Positions 26,788 to 41,122 of a DNA stretch of 64,000 nucleotides are shown one piece after another. The stretch is from contig NC_042999.1 in the NCBI RefSeq assembly GCF_006345805.1, positions 47,244,001 through 47,308,000 of the forward strand. The letters are read 5' to 3'. The notes under the pieces are model-generated. The model made no database searches. It saw only the letters and a list, made by a program, of their open reading frames with translations, and was not told the origin of the DNA. The translations under genes and the position numbers were made by a program. Numbering within the stretch: position 1 is the stretch's first letter; the number at the start of each line of letters is the position of its first letter. The stretch is from Octopus sinensis. Taxonomy: Eukaryota.

Positions 26788-28179
26788 CTCAAGTGATCAC
26801 ATTAAATTATGGGAGTTGTTGAAGTATTAGAGTGTAAAAAAAATTATATTAGATTTGAGAGAGATTCCTCTCCACACAAAATGCAGGTCACGAAAAAGAA
26901 GGGAACTATGTATTGAAGGTTCAACGAAGTGAATGCGTCAGCATATTTCACGCTTAGGACTCTGAAAGTAATTTAGATAATTGTCAAAATTAGTCAAAAT
27001 TTAAACGGAAACTTATTTTGTATGAAATAATGAAGGCAATAGACCAATTACAAAGATAATTGTTTGTAAATTTATCAAGTTACTTCCTCAATATAAATGA
27101 TCTGATGTATTGACTAAACGAAATATTTTGTATTGCAGCTTTAAGTAGTATTCTCTTCGTTTTGGTTCTCAGTGCCTAACTGGATTTGATGACAACTTAT
27201 CACGATAAGATTTGAAATTACAATACTTGATTTCTTTTATGTCAGTGTATTATGAGGTCAACTTCTTGAATTAAAGCCTGCCTTATATAGTTCTCACATA
27301 CAATAGCGTAGTATATATTTATCCCCCAAAGCAAACCAACAAAGAAAAAAGTAATCAACTAATGCATTTTGATTCACAGGTTTAGATATATGTATTCGTT
27401 TGTGTTTTGTCTAGACTTAACAGGGATGGTAACCGTAATTCATTCAATGAAAACGAAAGAAAAATTCCAACGATTCCGGGATGGGTTGAGGTGAGTGTGG
27501 AGATTACCCCACCTTTTTCTGAACAAAAATAATGGGCTTGCGGCACATTAGGTGGTCAGGGTATTTAAATCCATGCAGAAATCTGACTTTTTTTTCTTAG
27601 TGAAGTGTGTGTGGGTACACTTATCAAAATTTACTGAAATATAGAATGAGAACTAGACTTGATATTTTGACCTGCGAAATTGAGTAATCGAGAAAGTGCT
27701 CCAACATGAAACACCACGTCTAATTTACAATAACAAGAGAAAGAAAAGAGGTAGAACAATATGTGTTTATATGCATTCTCATGTGACCGTACGTTGTGTG
27801 ACTTGTGTATGCGTGTTTGATCTTGTGACTACGCGGGTGTGAGCGTGAATCGCGTCGACCTATTACATTTTATTAAAGATATCAAGAGAAAATAAAAGCT
27901 TATTTCTGCAGAATATTAAACCAGAATATTTTTATTCTGTGATAATATTCATTGTATTCCGCTTGCTTCAGTTTCTCATACCAGCATGAACTGAAACATA
28001 CTAAAAATGATGCTCAATCGTTATTTGCTGACTGGATAAATGGACGGCAATTTTTTGATTATATAGCGAGTAGGCTTTCGAATATCATATTGATGAAAAT
28101 GTGGTCCTTATTTTACAGGTAATTTGAATTGATCATCGACAGAATTATGAAGGTGTGTAATAAGTCCTTTTATTAGTTT

Positions 28180-28385
28180 CAAATTTTGGCACACGTCTAG
28201 CAATTTTGAAGTAGGTGTTAGTCGATAAAACCAACCCGAGTGCTTAAATGCTATTTATTTTATCGACCCCGAAAGGGGAAAATGCAAATACGAACCCGGG
28301 ATCATTTGTTACCCAATACATAAAGGTAGGCGAAATGCCACTAGACAATTTAACCAGCGCGCGCTAATGATTTTCCAGCTCACTG
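28180..28385 (-). mobile_element. SINE family B, degenerate
   Basis: Contains 'tttattttatcgaccccgaaagg', 'cgaaatgcc' and 'ttttccagctcac'. Confidence 0.6.
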
Positions 28386-28688
28386 CGTTAGTTGGTAGGA
28401 TTTTGTATTAGCAATAAATTTATGAATTCGATCAGAATTGTATACAACAATTCGATATTTACTAACCGTGTAAATCAGCATATTTTTCGAGGATAAAAAC
28501 CAAAACGTTACAAGTGAGAAGAAACAAGGATTTAACAGGACTAAACATATTGTCATATATTGCATTTGAAATATTGCTATATTACGAGTTATGCTCCAAC
28601 TGTAGCGTATCTTGGTAAAATACTCTTGAGTTCATGCAATTATACAATGAGCAACGTGCAAACGAATTTTCACACAAATGCACACGCA

Positions 28689-28763
<75 letters not shown>

Positions 28764-28778
28764 ATATCTATATGTCTG

Positions 28779-28846
<68 letters not shown>
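28689..28846. repeat. (TCTA)n microsatellite
   Basis: Direct reading of the sequence. Confidence 0.95.
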
Positions 28847-28880
28847 GGTTTCTTTCTTCTTTCCCTGTCTGTATATACAA

Positions 28881-28936
<56 letters not shown>

Positions 28937-29271
28937 ATACATATATATATACACACACACACATGCATTTATATGTACTTACGCATGTACCCATGATATG
29001 TATGTTTGTAAGGATGTATGTATATATGTATATGTATACACACACATACTTATATATGTTCATGGATTTGTGTTGCAATATCCCTGGTGTAAAACCTTGT
29101 GTTGAAACATATATTGTTATATTTCTGAAGGTATTTTTCTTTTTCCCAAAATAAGAACCATAATAAACGAGTATAGTATGAATACATATATCCCTGTGTT
29201 TATTTATTCAAAAGCAAAAGAAACAGCCATGGCCATCCCGAAATATAGCAGCACACACACTCACACACATT

Positions 29272-29302
<31 letters not shown>

Positions 29303-30817
29303 TATATATAAGCTTGAAACAGCATTACTGAAACAACATAGAAAGAGAATTTAACACGTTTCATAATTGCTATCAAATTATCACGTTGGACGAAAACGAG
29401 GTCAGAGAAGTTAGGGTAGTTTTAATTCAAGAGAAAGAGACCGGTATTTAATCTCTGTCAGAACAGGTACGTATTCCAGATTGTGTATGGATAACGCTGT
29501 AGGATCTCTGAGGCAGAGGTCATAAATTATCGATAAATGTGAAAAAGAAGAATGGGAGCTCAGTAAGTATAAGTACAATGACAGGTTACGAATGGAATTG
29601 AGTATAATTGGCTTCAGATAAACCAGATTCACATAAACTAACTGTTCTACGTTCAGTGAGGATAGTATTTGTGAAAAGTTACAAAGTTGCACAGAAATCG
29701 GATTAAATCCTAATTATACAGTGTTAATTAGATTTTGACACATCTCACACTATTTGGCTGTTATATACGAGATTTCGCAGTGGGTCAATAAGTGTGAGGA
29801 AATTGGATATTAACACTATTAAAAATTAGATATAAGACCTGATCTTCAGAAATAGATTGTGTTCATAATAAATAAAATATTTTCAACATCGATGCAAATT
29901 GACTACTTTCAGACGAATCCATGTTCAACTTTTATTGTAAATATTTTCCAGGAAGATAAAAATGAACTGTAATTACCATATCACTATAAATTCTTTGGTT
30001 TATTGACTCTACCATATATAACTTTTAATATTTTAAATTACTATGAGGGTCAGCTACACAGACACACAGACACAAATACAAACCAACACAAACACACACA
30101 CACACATACACACACACACACACATACACACACACACGCACACACAGTCCACTGACGATTTCCAGAGATTCTCCGTATAGAAGATACTTAATAGTGCACA
30201 AAAGATTCAAACTTTCTCTTGTTTACCAAAACTATTATATTTAACATATTCCATTTATCTAAGTTCGTTATCCTCATAATTGACCCCATATATAAATATA
30301 TACGTCTGTGTGTATAGGTTCATGTATACATATATGTGTGTATGTGTGTGTTTAGAGGTCTAGGCGTGCCTTTCTGGTACAAAGTTTACATTGCAACCAC
30401 ATGGTTTTATGTTCAATATTAAACTGGGCACCATTATTGGTGCTTCCGTTCCCGTAAACTAGGGGTTCAACAGAGAGAGACTGCCCGAATAATTGCCAAG
30501 CTTTAAAAAGAAAAATTGTACTGGGGTCGATTCATTTGACAAAAAATATTCCTCAGATCTGAGCCCCTGCAAGTCAACTGAGTGTTTAACCAGACAGGAG
30601 ACAAAAACAGACGGTCCCTGATTCTTCTTCAGTTATCGGCCCATTTGTAAAACTCAATTTTCTGCCATTTTTGATAAGATTGAGGGCTTCTCATATTAGC
30701 CCACAATAATGTTTTTGCGGAAATTCGAGAGAAAACGGAACAACGCAGAACATAGAGTGTGATGTAGGACGGCAGACAAAGAGGAACATACAAGAAAAAT
30801 ACGGCTTTAGGGCCATG

Positions 30818-30929
<112 letters not shown>

Positions 30930-30949
30930 TATATATATATATATATATG

Positions 30950-31042
<93 letters not shown>

Positions 31043-31084
31043 TATATATATATTTGAAGAGTTTTAGACGGAGGAATCGACTCT

Positions 31085-31475
31085 AATACTAAAATTTGGT
31101 ATTTACTCTATCGTTTCTTTTCGTTGAACCGCGAAGTTACGGTTTATATCCCACACCAAGAACCCTTTTTAAGCGTTAGTAGCGACAATGACAGGTACAA
31201 AACAGCCACAAACACGAGCACACACACGCACACAAAATCTGTCCGATATATATATTTTTTCTCTAGTTTCAGCTCAGAGCTGTGGCCATGCTGATGATAT
31301 ATGTATATATACACACACACACAACGCGCTTCCTCCAGTATATGCCTACAAAATCTATTCATAAGTTTTCGATTGGGCAGAAGCTATAGCAGAAGAAAGT
31401 CGCTCGAGTTGATGCGCAGCGGGACTGAACTCGGAACCATCTCTGTTGTGTAGTGAACTTTTTACCAGACTCCAA
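31085..31475 (-). mobile_element. SINE family A, degenerate
   Basis: Contains 'gcagcgggactgaactcggaacc' and 'gaaccgcgaagttacgg'. Confidence 0.6.
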
Positions 31476-31493
31476 CTTATGCATACATACACA

Positions 31494-31525
<32 letters not shown>

Positions 31526-32607
31526 GCCACACACACACTCACACACACAAATATATATGTATGTATGTATTTATATGTATATATATAAAATCATTGTTGC
31601 TTATCTCTTATTGAACGAATGACAGGCAAAGCTAAGAGAAAGCCATGCATATCTGAAAGAATGTCACGAACACCTGCAATGCACACTCATACAGGCATGC
31701 ACGCGTGCGCGCTCGTACACAAACATGCACACATGCATTTCACTCCTGTATAATTTAACACCCAATATAAGATATTAAATATGATTACGTACTAAAATAA
31801 AATCTACAATCTGGCGATGCACAACTGATCGCACTTATCACGAAAAAATATTGATTAAAATTTTTTTTTTATTATATACAAATGAAAATTAAACATTATA
31901 AATATAATTATTTCCATGTTACGTAATACATGAAACAAATTAATCAACATAGGGCACAACAGGAGTTCTAATAACCAATTTTAATTCAATAGAAAAAGTT
32001 CAATAATCATAAATTATATTGTCTAAACTGATAATGAATGTAATTTTCCTTGAAATGTTTCCCGAATTTAATTGAAATAATTGTTATTATAGATTAATCA
32101 TTAGTGAAAGCATATAAAAATTGCATTAGTCTTTCATCGTATCAGTTTCTCTTATAATTATTAATTAATATTCAGAATAACTAATTTCCAATTTGATCTA
32201 GTGAAATTATAATTGATAAAGTATGTGAATTTATAATCATTAAATCAGTACGCTGCACCTTTATTTCTGTAAATGAGTTCGATAAGAAAATGCAATATTT
32301 ATATATTTTCAAATATATGGCATAAAAAAGAAAAATTTAGGTGTATAATAAAGGGGGGAAATGGGTAACTGCTTAAATAGCTACTAAATAAGTACAATGA
32401 CAAATTAAGCTTGTTTTGTTACTCGGTCTTTAAATAGAAGTGTACGTCATGTTGAATAAAAGAGTTTATATAACGTATTATTCAGCCAGGTAAAATATTA
32501 CAAAAGACAGCAAATTGTATTGCAAACGTCAATTTTGACACTTTTGATTTTTTTAATAATACGGATTGGAGCTAAATTAAAATTTTTTTGATGAATCACG
32601 GAATGGT

Positions 32608-32948
32608 GTAGGAATGGCTGTGTGGTAAGTAGCTTGCTTACCAACCACATGGTTCCGGGTTCAGTCCCGCTGCGTGGCACCTTGGGCAAGTGACTTCTAG
32701 TATAGCCTCGGGCAGACCAAAGCCTTGTGAGTGGATTTGGTTGACGGAAACTGAAAGAAACCCGTCGTATATATGTATATATATGTATGTGTGTATGTGT
32801 TTGTGTGTCTGTGTTTGCCCCCCCCCCCCAACACCGCTTGACAACCGATGCTGGTGTGCTTTACGTCCCCGCAAGGTAGCTGTTCGGCAAAAGAGACCGA
32901 TAGAATAAGTACTAGGCTTACAAAGAATAAGTCCTAGGGTCGATTTGC
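32608..32948 (+). mobile_element. SINE family A, 3' tail interrupted by (TA)n and the foldback element
   Basis: Intact head (TGGCTGTGTGG, GGTTCAGTCC). Stops at 'gggtcgatttgc', whereas other copies continue. Confidence 0.9.
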
Positions 32949-33249
32949 TATATATATATATATATATATAATTAATTAATAAGGGTGAGAGAATTAGATA
33001 CTAATTTAAAGTATATTTATTCAACACCAAGTGGCCTAGTGCTACGAGAAACCTGGATTTATAATATTTTATAACATATTACAATACTTTTACAAAACAA
33101 ATATAAGAGAGTGGTCAATATATTGCTCACTCTAGCACCAGTTAATCCAAAAGGTTTCAACCACGAAGATACATGTTCCCATGAAAGCCAGTACGACTGT
33201 TAGCTCACACGGACAGGGCAAGTAAAAAATAACAAAAATACAGATTATT

Positions 33250-33327
33250 TTGGGACAATTGTTTCGCTATTAATGAATTAAATGTAATATTACTTACAAA
33301 AAAATCCATTTGTAGCTCGTCAGCCAA
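33250..33327 (-). ncRNA. Type I hammerhead ribozyme motif (mirror copy)
   Basis: Reverse complement of the 34077-34154 motif with the core intact. Confidence 0.75.
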
Positions 33328-34076
33328 GACTATCTGGATGAAATCCACTCAATCACACGCCAGATTTTACCATAACGATAAATACGCGTGTGGTTCAATG
33401 ATTACATCCGACGTTATAATTCAAATGCCCCAACCAACAGCGCGCCAAACTTTCACGGAAAAACAAATACAGCATTTAGAAATAAATGCAGCATAATTAT
33501 AATTAATTAATAAGGGTGAGAGAATTAGATACTAATTTAATAGTATATTTATTCAACACCAAGTGGCCTAGTGCTACTGGAGAAACCTGGATATTATAAT
33601 ATTTTATAACATATTACAATACTTTTACAAAACAAATATAAGAGAGTGGTCAATATATTGCTCACTCTAGCACCAGTTAATCCAAAAGGTTAACCACGAA
33701 GATACATGTGGTTGTAACCTTTTGGATTAACTGGTGCTAGAGGAGCAAATATATTGACCACTCTTATATTTGTTTTGTAAAAGTATTGTAATATTGTTAT
33801 AAAATATTATAATAATCCAGGTTTCTCGTAGCACTAGGCCACTTGGTGTTGAATAAATATACTATTAAATTAGTATCTAATTCTCTCACCCTTATTAATT
33901 AATTATAATATGCTGCATTTATTTCTAAATGCTGTATTTGTTTTCCGTGAAAGTTTGGCGCGCTGTTGGTTGGGGCATTTGAATTATAACGTCGGATGTA
34001 ATCAATTGAACCACACGCGTATTTATCGTTATGGTAAAATCTGGCGTGTGATTGAGTGGATTTCATCCAGATAGTC

Positions 34077-34154
34077 TTGGCTGACGAGCTACAAATGGAT
34101 TTTTTTGTAAGTAATATTACATTTAATTCATTAATAGCGAAACAATTGTCCCAA
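34077..34154 (+). ncRNA. Type I hammerhead ribozyme motif
   Basis: TTGG-CTGACGA-GCTA(43 nt)TAGC-GAAA-C-AATT-GTC|CCAA: stem I TTGG/CCAA, stem II GCTA/TAGC, palindromic mini stem III, GUC cleavage after 34150. Confidence 0.8.
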
Positions 34155-34307
34155 AATAATCTGTATTTGTGTTATTTTTTACTTGCCCTGTCCGTGTGAG
34201 CTAACCAGTCGTAATGGCTTTCATGGGAAACATGTATCTTCGTGGTTGAAACCTTTTGGATTAACTGGTGCTAGAGTGAGCAATATATTGACCACTCTCT
34301 ATATTTG

Positions 34308-34353
<46 letters not shown>

Positions 34354-37300
34354 CAGATAGCTAGATAGACACCTCTATGCATATATATATACATGGGAAG
34401 CTAGAGAGAGGGAGAGCAAAAGAGAGAGGGGAAGGGGAAGAGATTAAATGTGAATGAATTATTTTGGAGCAAATGAGAGAACATCTCTAAGTTAATGAGT
34501 CGTTCTTCTTAGTAATTAAACCTAATTCTAAAGTATTAAAACTGTGCCCTTGCCGGATAGCAAAAATATTTACAACATTATGAAGCTGTAATTTGAGGAG
34601 GGCTTGTAAGTTATATCTGACAGATCTCTATTATCCCCAAATAACTCTTTACTGAAGATGTAAATACAAGTCATTCACCATAATTCAGCAACAATTGCGT
34701 CCATCTATAAAAAGTTTCTCTCAATAGTATGATATAACTTAAAATCTCGCATCATTGCACAAATTGAATATTTTCAATCAGAGTATGGTTCATTTTATGT
34801 CACAAGCAGTGGAGATGTTCATTGTTATACATTAATGCTATTCCTTAAAACCTCTTATTAAATACGAAAGCGATGATGGATCTCAATTTAATGTCTTCTA
34901 TTTTAAAACAGATGGTAGTTTTCAGACAGTTCGGCTTTACATAATCCTTAAAGCAATGGAAAAACCATGTTTTCCAAATGAATTTTGCGGCGGTACGCGC
35001 AGAAATTATCTAAGCATGAATGACAAAATCATGAATGCATAGGTGCATATATTTTCTTTTTCTTCCATTGTTTGAAAAAATTGATGTCAGCTTTCTTTTT
35101 ATTGTCGGGATTTATGTTTAATAATAGCCGTTATACGATTTAAAATGTCAAATAATTTATCAAAAAAATCCTTTGCCAGCTCTCATAGAAAAGCCTTTTT
35201 TTATGTGGCGTTGATACCTTGCAAATTGAGTTTTAAGAAAACTCTTAACATACCAACTTTATCGCTTTATCATATAATTTAACCACTAGATTAAGAATAT
35301 GATTAACGATTGATGCTGTTATCTTTGCACTGGTTGGACGAAGCAACAAAGTAATGATGGAAATATCGAGAACACACGAAGACAGCTTTCATTGATTTCC
35401 TAAATCACATGCATGGCATAGAGTTTCTAATTATTTCTTCCTTCCCAACGTCAGTATTACAGACTTTTGAGTACTCTTTGTCGTTCAACGGTATTTCCAT
35501 TAGTATACCGTTAGACTTCCAAGCAGGAGAAATCGTATTTGATTATATCACAGTCTGACATTGCTTTACCATCATTGAGATTGTAGGGTTTCACTTTCTG
35601 AAACATTTGGTGCAGTGACCGCAATAGCATTAGTCCGTTGATCAAAATTTGAATAATATCTAAAATAAATTTTCTGATAACCTGATTTTATATATTTAAA
35701 CAATTATCGAGTAAGCGAAGGCAGAAATACATACTCAATAAAGTCTAAAATTGAATACGTGTACTTACAGAAGAAAATTGAGTAACATCAATGTATTAAA
35801 TCGAATAGAATAATATGAGGGCATTCGAATTTGCGTAGAGCTGGTGCACAGGGAAAAAATTACTGTCGTTGAGATTGTTTTAGATATACCTATTTTTCTT
35901 TGAATGTATGTTGTCATATTGTTATGTCGCACGTTCGGATGCCTTCTATTCAACTCTTCACTCACTGCTACTCTGTTCTAGTCTGACTGCTACTCAACTA
36001 TGCTCTCCTCTACACTAGTAACTAGTCACTCGACGTCTAGACTTTTCCCTCTATATCAACGTACTGGGGAGGCGGTGAACTGGCAGAGACTTTAGCACGC
36101 CGGGTGAAGAGCTTCGCATATCTAAATATATCGCAGATAGAAAACGATTTAAACAAATGTTTATATCTCAGTGTATATTAGTTCATGTATATTTTTATTC
36201 CCAGATCAGTACCTACTACAGTTTACATTCTAGCTGGGGTTTTTTCTGCTAATCAACATAAACCTCTTGCTCAGTTTACGTTCAAATAAATAATGAATGT
36301 AAAATTTTAGCTATTATTCACTCAGTTATCCGCTTTGGGATTTTTAACTGTAGCCTATATAATACTTCATTACTATTTCTTTTACTTTATGAAATTTTAA
36401 AACTTTCATTTATGTTACACATAGTAGTTTATTTTAATATAATTATCAATGGCTGTACAGTTATTCCGTATATCACAGACAAATATTTAGAAAATACATA
36501 ATAAAAAGTTTATTCTGACATAAAATGACATAAAAGAGGAAATGCTTCGCAGCAAGAGGAAATTAAATTTCGATATGAATGGGCTGGCAAGTCTAGGTTA
36601 TGTGGACGGTAAATTTTATGTAACCATTTCTTTAAATAAATGAAAAATGAAATCATTACTTATATAACACACAACAACAAAAACTTTACAAAATATTTCT
36701 TAAGGAGTTACTGATGCAAAATAAACCCATTTAGCTAATACAATCTGAACTTCACAGATTTTCTATCTTCCAATTTAGAATAATTTCTAAAAGTTTAAAA
36801 TCATTTCTACCTTTAAAAAACTTATAATTACTCAGCTCATTTACGGAATATATAATCCTGTTCATATGCATCAGATGTCACATATCTTCTGCTGTTAAGT
36901 TTTCAAACACCCCAACTCTGGCAAATACTTGACGCATTACATTACCACCAGACCCATTTTATACAACAAAACTTTATACAAGAGCATCTGTTTTAAATTT
37001 ATTTTTTCTATTTTCCAAACAAACTTTCCAGCTATTCAACATAGCACGCTGTCAATAAAATAATTATTGCATAGGATATGAAATAAAATATGGGAGTGAA
37101 ATTAACGTGAGTTGAAAAAGTGTTATATTAAAATATACACAAACATGATTTAAACATACCTGTTTGTTTTTTCTTTCAATATAATTCTGTTTACGAGCCA
37201 AACGTATATTAAATATATGTAAACTAATAAATATTTTTTTAGTTATGCGATATATTACTTTCCTATTAGCCATAATTTAAATTATCCCAAATGAAATAAC

Positions 37301-38397
37301 ATCAAGGTGTGTGTTTATAAACACGTTTATTACATGGATATCAGAAAGTATATGTCTTTTCCTTCCTTCAAGTTATATGTACAAACATACGTGTGTACGA
37401 CGGACAAACATGTGAATTGCGGTATACTTATATATTCAATATTTCATTTCACTTCTCTTACAGACGGTGTTTTATATGTTGACCATACTTTATATTTGCT
37501 ATTTCTACTATACAAAAAAAAAATGTTTTTGAAGTTAATTTCAAAATGCCGTGGGCTTATATATAAAAGAGTTTATTTTATTGCAATAACTCATTTAAAC
37601 CTGAAAAAAAATGCAGAGTCATAAATTAATGAGTCGTTTGACTCTGTTTTCAGATTGACGAATTTTACACACACGATCCTATATAGTGGGAATATGTAAT
37701 GCTATCGACAATTAAAACAGTACCTTTAGCTATTTTATGGTAGTTACAATTTCCCTTGAATATCAAGACATTACGCCTACATATATTTTCTCTTCAGCAA
37801 GAAATATATTTAAGTACGAATATATGCATATATTGACAGAAAATTACATGTAGTCAGTCACAAATAAAGAAGAATTTGCACTCTTTTGAATAAAAGGAAC
37901 ACATGTAATTATATCTGTCTTGAATATGTTTCATGGATATGTTTGTGTGCATACACAAATAGATACTTAATGCTGTAATGGTGTTGTATAGGATCAACGT
38001 TACCTTTCATTGAAAGGCGGTGGATTTCCAAGACTATGTAATTCGAACATTATGTGTCGTGTTATTTGATCTGGATGTTAGTGTTCTAATACCAAATAGC
38101 GCATGATGTACTTGAGTGGTATAACACACAGTTTAAAACTACCACTTGGAACCGTGGGTGGCTTTAAGTGTTTATATTCAGTTGCAAAAATTCGTGCAGG
38201 ATTTCCGGTTTGGAGACATATTCTTTTGTCCTTACAACTAGTATCGCAGGCGGTAGAATGGAGCTTCGGTATTGCATTCTCGTCTGATTATAATATGGAA
38301 AAGTATAATATAAATAAACTCATATTACGTTATGATCTTTGATTGATTATACATATGTAAACTTACGTGTGTATATGTGTGTATGTGCATGAATATA

Positions 38398-38613
38398 TAC
38401 AAAGGGGTGCTGAAGAGTTCCCCGGCTTTAAGGGTACCACAAAGGACTAGCTGGAGGCCTAACTTCCCAAGTTTACTTTACAGGCTTTATAAAAATTGAA
38501 GGACCACGGCAATAAGTGTGTGAATATGATCGGGTAATATCTTGGATAAAACCATAACTGATCCTATTGTATTTTCTCTTACCCAAGATAGGAACTTTTC
38601 AGCATTCTATCGT
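38398..38613 (+). mobile_element. Mariner-derived MITE/internal deletion derivative
   Basis: Imperfect TIRs 'tacaaaggggtgctgaagagttcc' and 'ggaacttttcagcattctatcgta' with TA ends. Internal remnant of a transposase C-terminus (LKDHGNKCVNMIG). Confidence 0.7.
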
Positions 38614-41076
38614 ATGTATGTATGTATGTATGTATGTATGTATGTATGTATGTATGTATGTATGTATGTATGTATGTATGTATGTACGTGTGTGGGTAGT
38701 CGATATGATAAAGGTTCATACGAAAATGCTTTTGATATTATCGTTTTACAATGTTATTATTTAAGGAAACAATCTTATTTGCCAGTGGATGCTATATTCA
38801 TGTGACAGTATGACTGTGGGTATCAGATCTACTTAGATGAAAGATTATGTTACATAATATGAAAACCCTTCGTCTTCATGAACTCCTACTTTTACTCTAT
38901 ATTCGTCTTGTTCTGAAATCACAAATTCTTGTTAATTTATAAGTTCATTCGACATTGTTGTCGACAGTTATTTACAGTATTCTATCAGAAAAATCAACTA
39001 TCAATTAGACCGTAGAAACTGCAGCAAATATAAAATTCACAATTTTTGTTTTATTGAGCAATTTCCCACTTTTTATTCTATGTAAACAGCAAATCTAAAA
39101 GCAAAATTTATATTACATTACGATCTGTATCAAAGATAAGAAAAAGGTGTTTAAATTAGCTTGAAACCTTGATGATCTGCTAATTTCCACATACAAATCA
39201 AACGTCCAAATATATGAGCTGCTCCATTTCCAGATCTTTAATATCACTAAGATACGCACAACACTTAGCGGTACGCTGATAAGAACTGCTGCGACTTTTG
39301 ATTTTAGGTTGGATATAATTCAGATAATTTTAGTCAACAGATAATGTGTTGCATCTCGTATACATTCCAGTAAAATTTTAACATTTCGAAATCAATATGC
39401 TTGTGTAACTAGACAGTTAAATCATTTCTTCATGACTCGGCCACGACGATACTTCCAAAGCCTTTGCTACGAAGACTACTTATTTAATTCTGCAACGTAA
39501 TATTACATAAATTAATATCCATAGAACTTAGGAAAAAATGTTTACTGATGTCTATCAAATAACCAATAACATGACAACTTCAAATTCTAAGGAAACGATG
39601 TTTCATTAATTTCGCACTTCCTCTGCACACAAATAAAATATGTGCTATTGATACTGAGCGTTATACAACTTACATATTTCGAGTGTATTTTACCTACATA
39701 GTTACCTTAGCTATTTGCGTATATTCTCAAGCACACACACACAGCAGGAAATGCACATACACATGTATATGTATAGGTGGGTGTTTGTTTCTGTTCACGT
39801 GTGTGAGAGAGATAAAAAGAGAGTGTCTCTATGCGTATCCGCTTGCGTGTGTATTTGTGTATCTGCGTGTGTGAGTGTATACGTACGTGTATTTATTTCT
39901 TTGTCATACATAATATTACGAAGTGTCGAAGGCGTACACTTCCACATAATTTACTCTCAAACATTCAAATATCACACCTTCTTTGAATCAATTTTCCCAC
40001 ATTGTATATATTTATATATTTATTTACCCGTATATATATCTATATAACCGTCTTCTATCGATTTTATAAAAGTTTATATCAAACTATTTGCCATTTCTTC
40101 AGATAATTCCAACCCTTTTCTTTCTTATATTTTTCATAAATGTCTCCCCTTTCATCATATATTTCCCATTTCAAAGATGACTATGGGTATTATAAAGGAA
40201 ATTCAGCAGCTCTTTTTAATATGTCATATATAATCTCTCTTTTTTTGTTCGATGGAACGCATAGATATTTGGTAGCTGTCAGCAGAATAAGGCTAGGTGT
40301 ATTCCGTCAGAGCAAACAAATGAGGTTTCAGTTTAGAAATAATGTTTATTCTTAAACAATTCATTACCGTAAACATAATGAAAGTATATTTTTTATACTT
40401 TCCCCTCATACCACCTCCTTTATAGACAACTATCTTTGAATACCCTTTCACTTTCGACATAGTATTTACCAAGTCACTTCAACGGTGTAGGGGCAAAATC
40501 AATTTATTGAATAGACGCTAAACAAGCATCAAAAGCATTACATTTCATTATATTCGAAGTTGCCGAAGTACAGTCTGTCTATTTCAGCTGACAGACAACT
40601 TATAATGAAGATCATTCTTGAGAAAATAAAGATCAGAACAAAAAAACACCCACGAAGACAAATAAAATTACATTTAAAATATATTTCAAGCAAATCAACA
40701 CCATTTTACCAGTTTCAACATCAACAAAGCAATCAACCAAATAATCAAACACGCACACACAAACGTACATACATAACGTGTATGTATTTCAATAATATAT
40801 ATGTTCTGCCATAGATTCAGTGTATGTTGTATATGCGACTCCTATAAACATGCAAAATCTGCCTTTTAATTGCATAGAAAGTGTACAAAAAGCATAGAAA
40901 TTTAGATCACACAGATTAAAATAAAACGAAATTTGGAACTTATTTGTATAACTAATATTCCATTCAACTCAAGTAAAATAAATCCATTCACTCATACATA
41001 CATACACACACATACATACATACAAACATACATACATACATACATACATACATACATAACATACATACATACATAC

Positions 41077-41122
<46 letters not shown>

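Larger units (their letters stand above)
32970..34306. mobile_element. Tandem-plus-inverted array of a 531-bp non-coding monomer carrying a hammerhead (Penelope pLTR/retrozyme-like)
   Basis: 'aagggtgagagaattagatac' occurs at 32981 and 33512. 33710-34306 is the reverse complement of about 33100-33705. (TA)n on both sides. Confidence 0.8.

Noticed and set aside
35765-35965. Minus-strand ORF ending at a GTAAGT donor
   Set aside because: No recognisable domain, so it cannot be tied to the receptor without transcript data.
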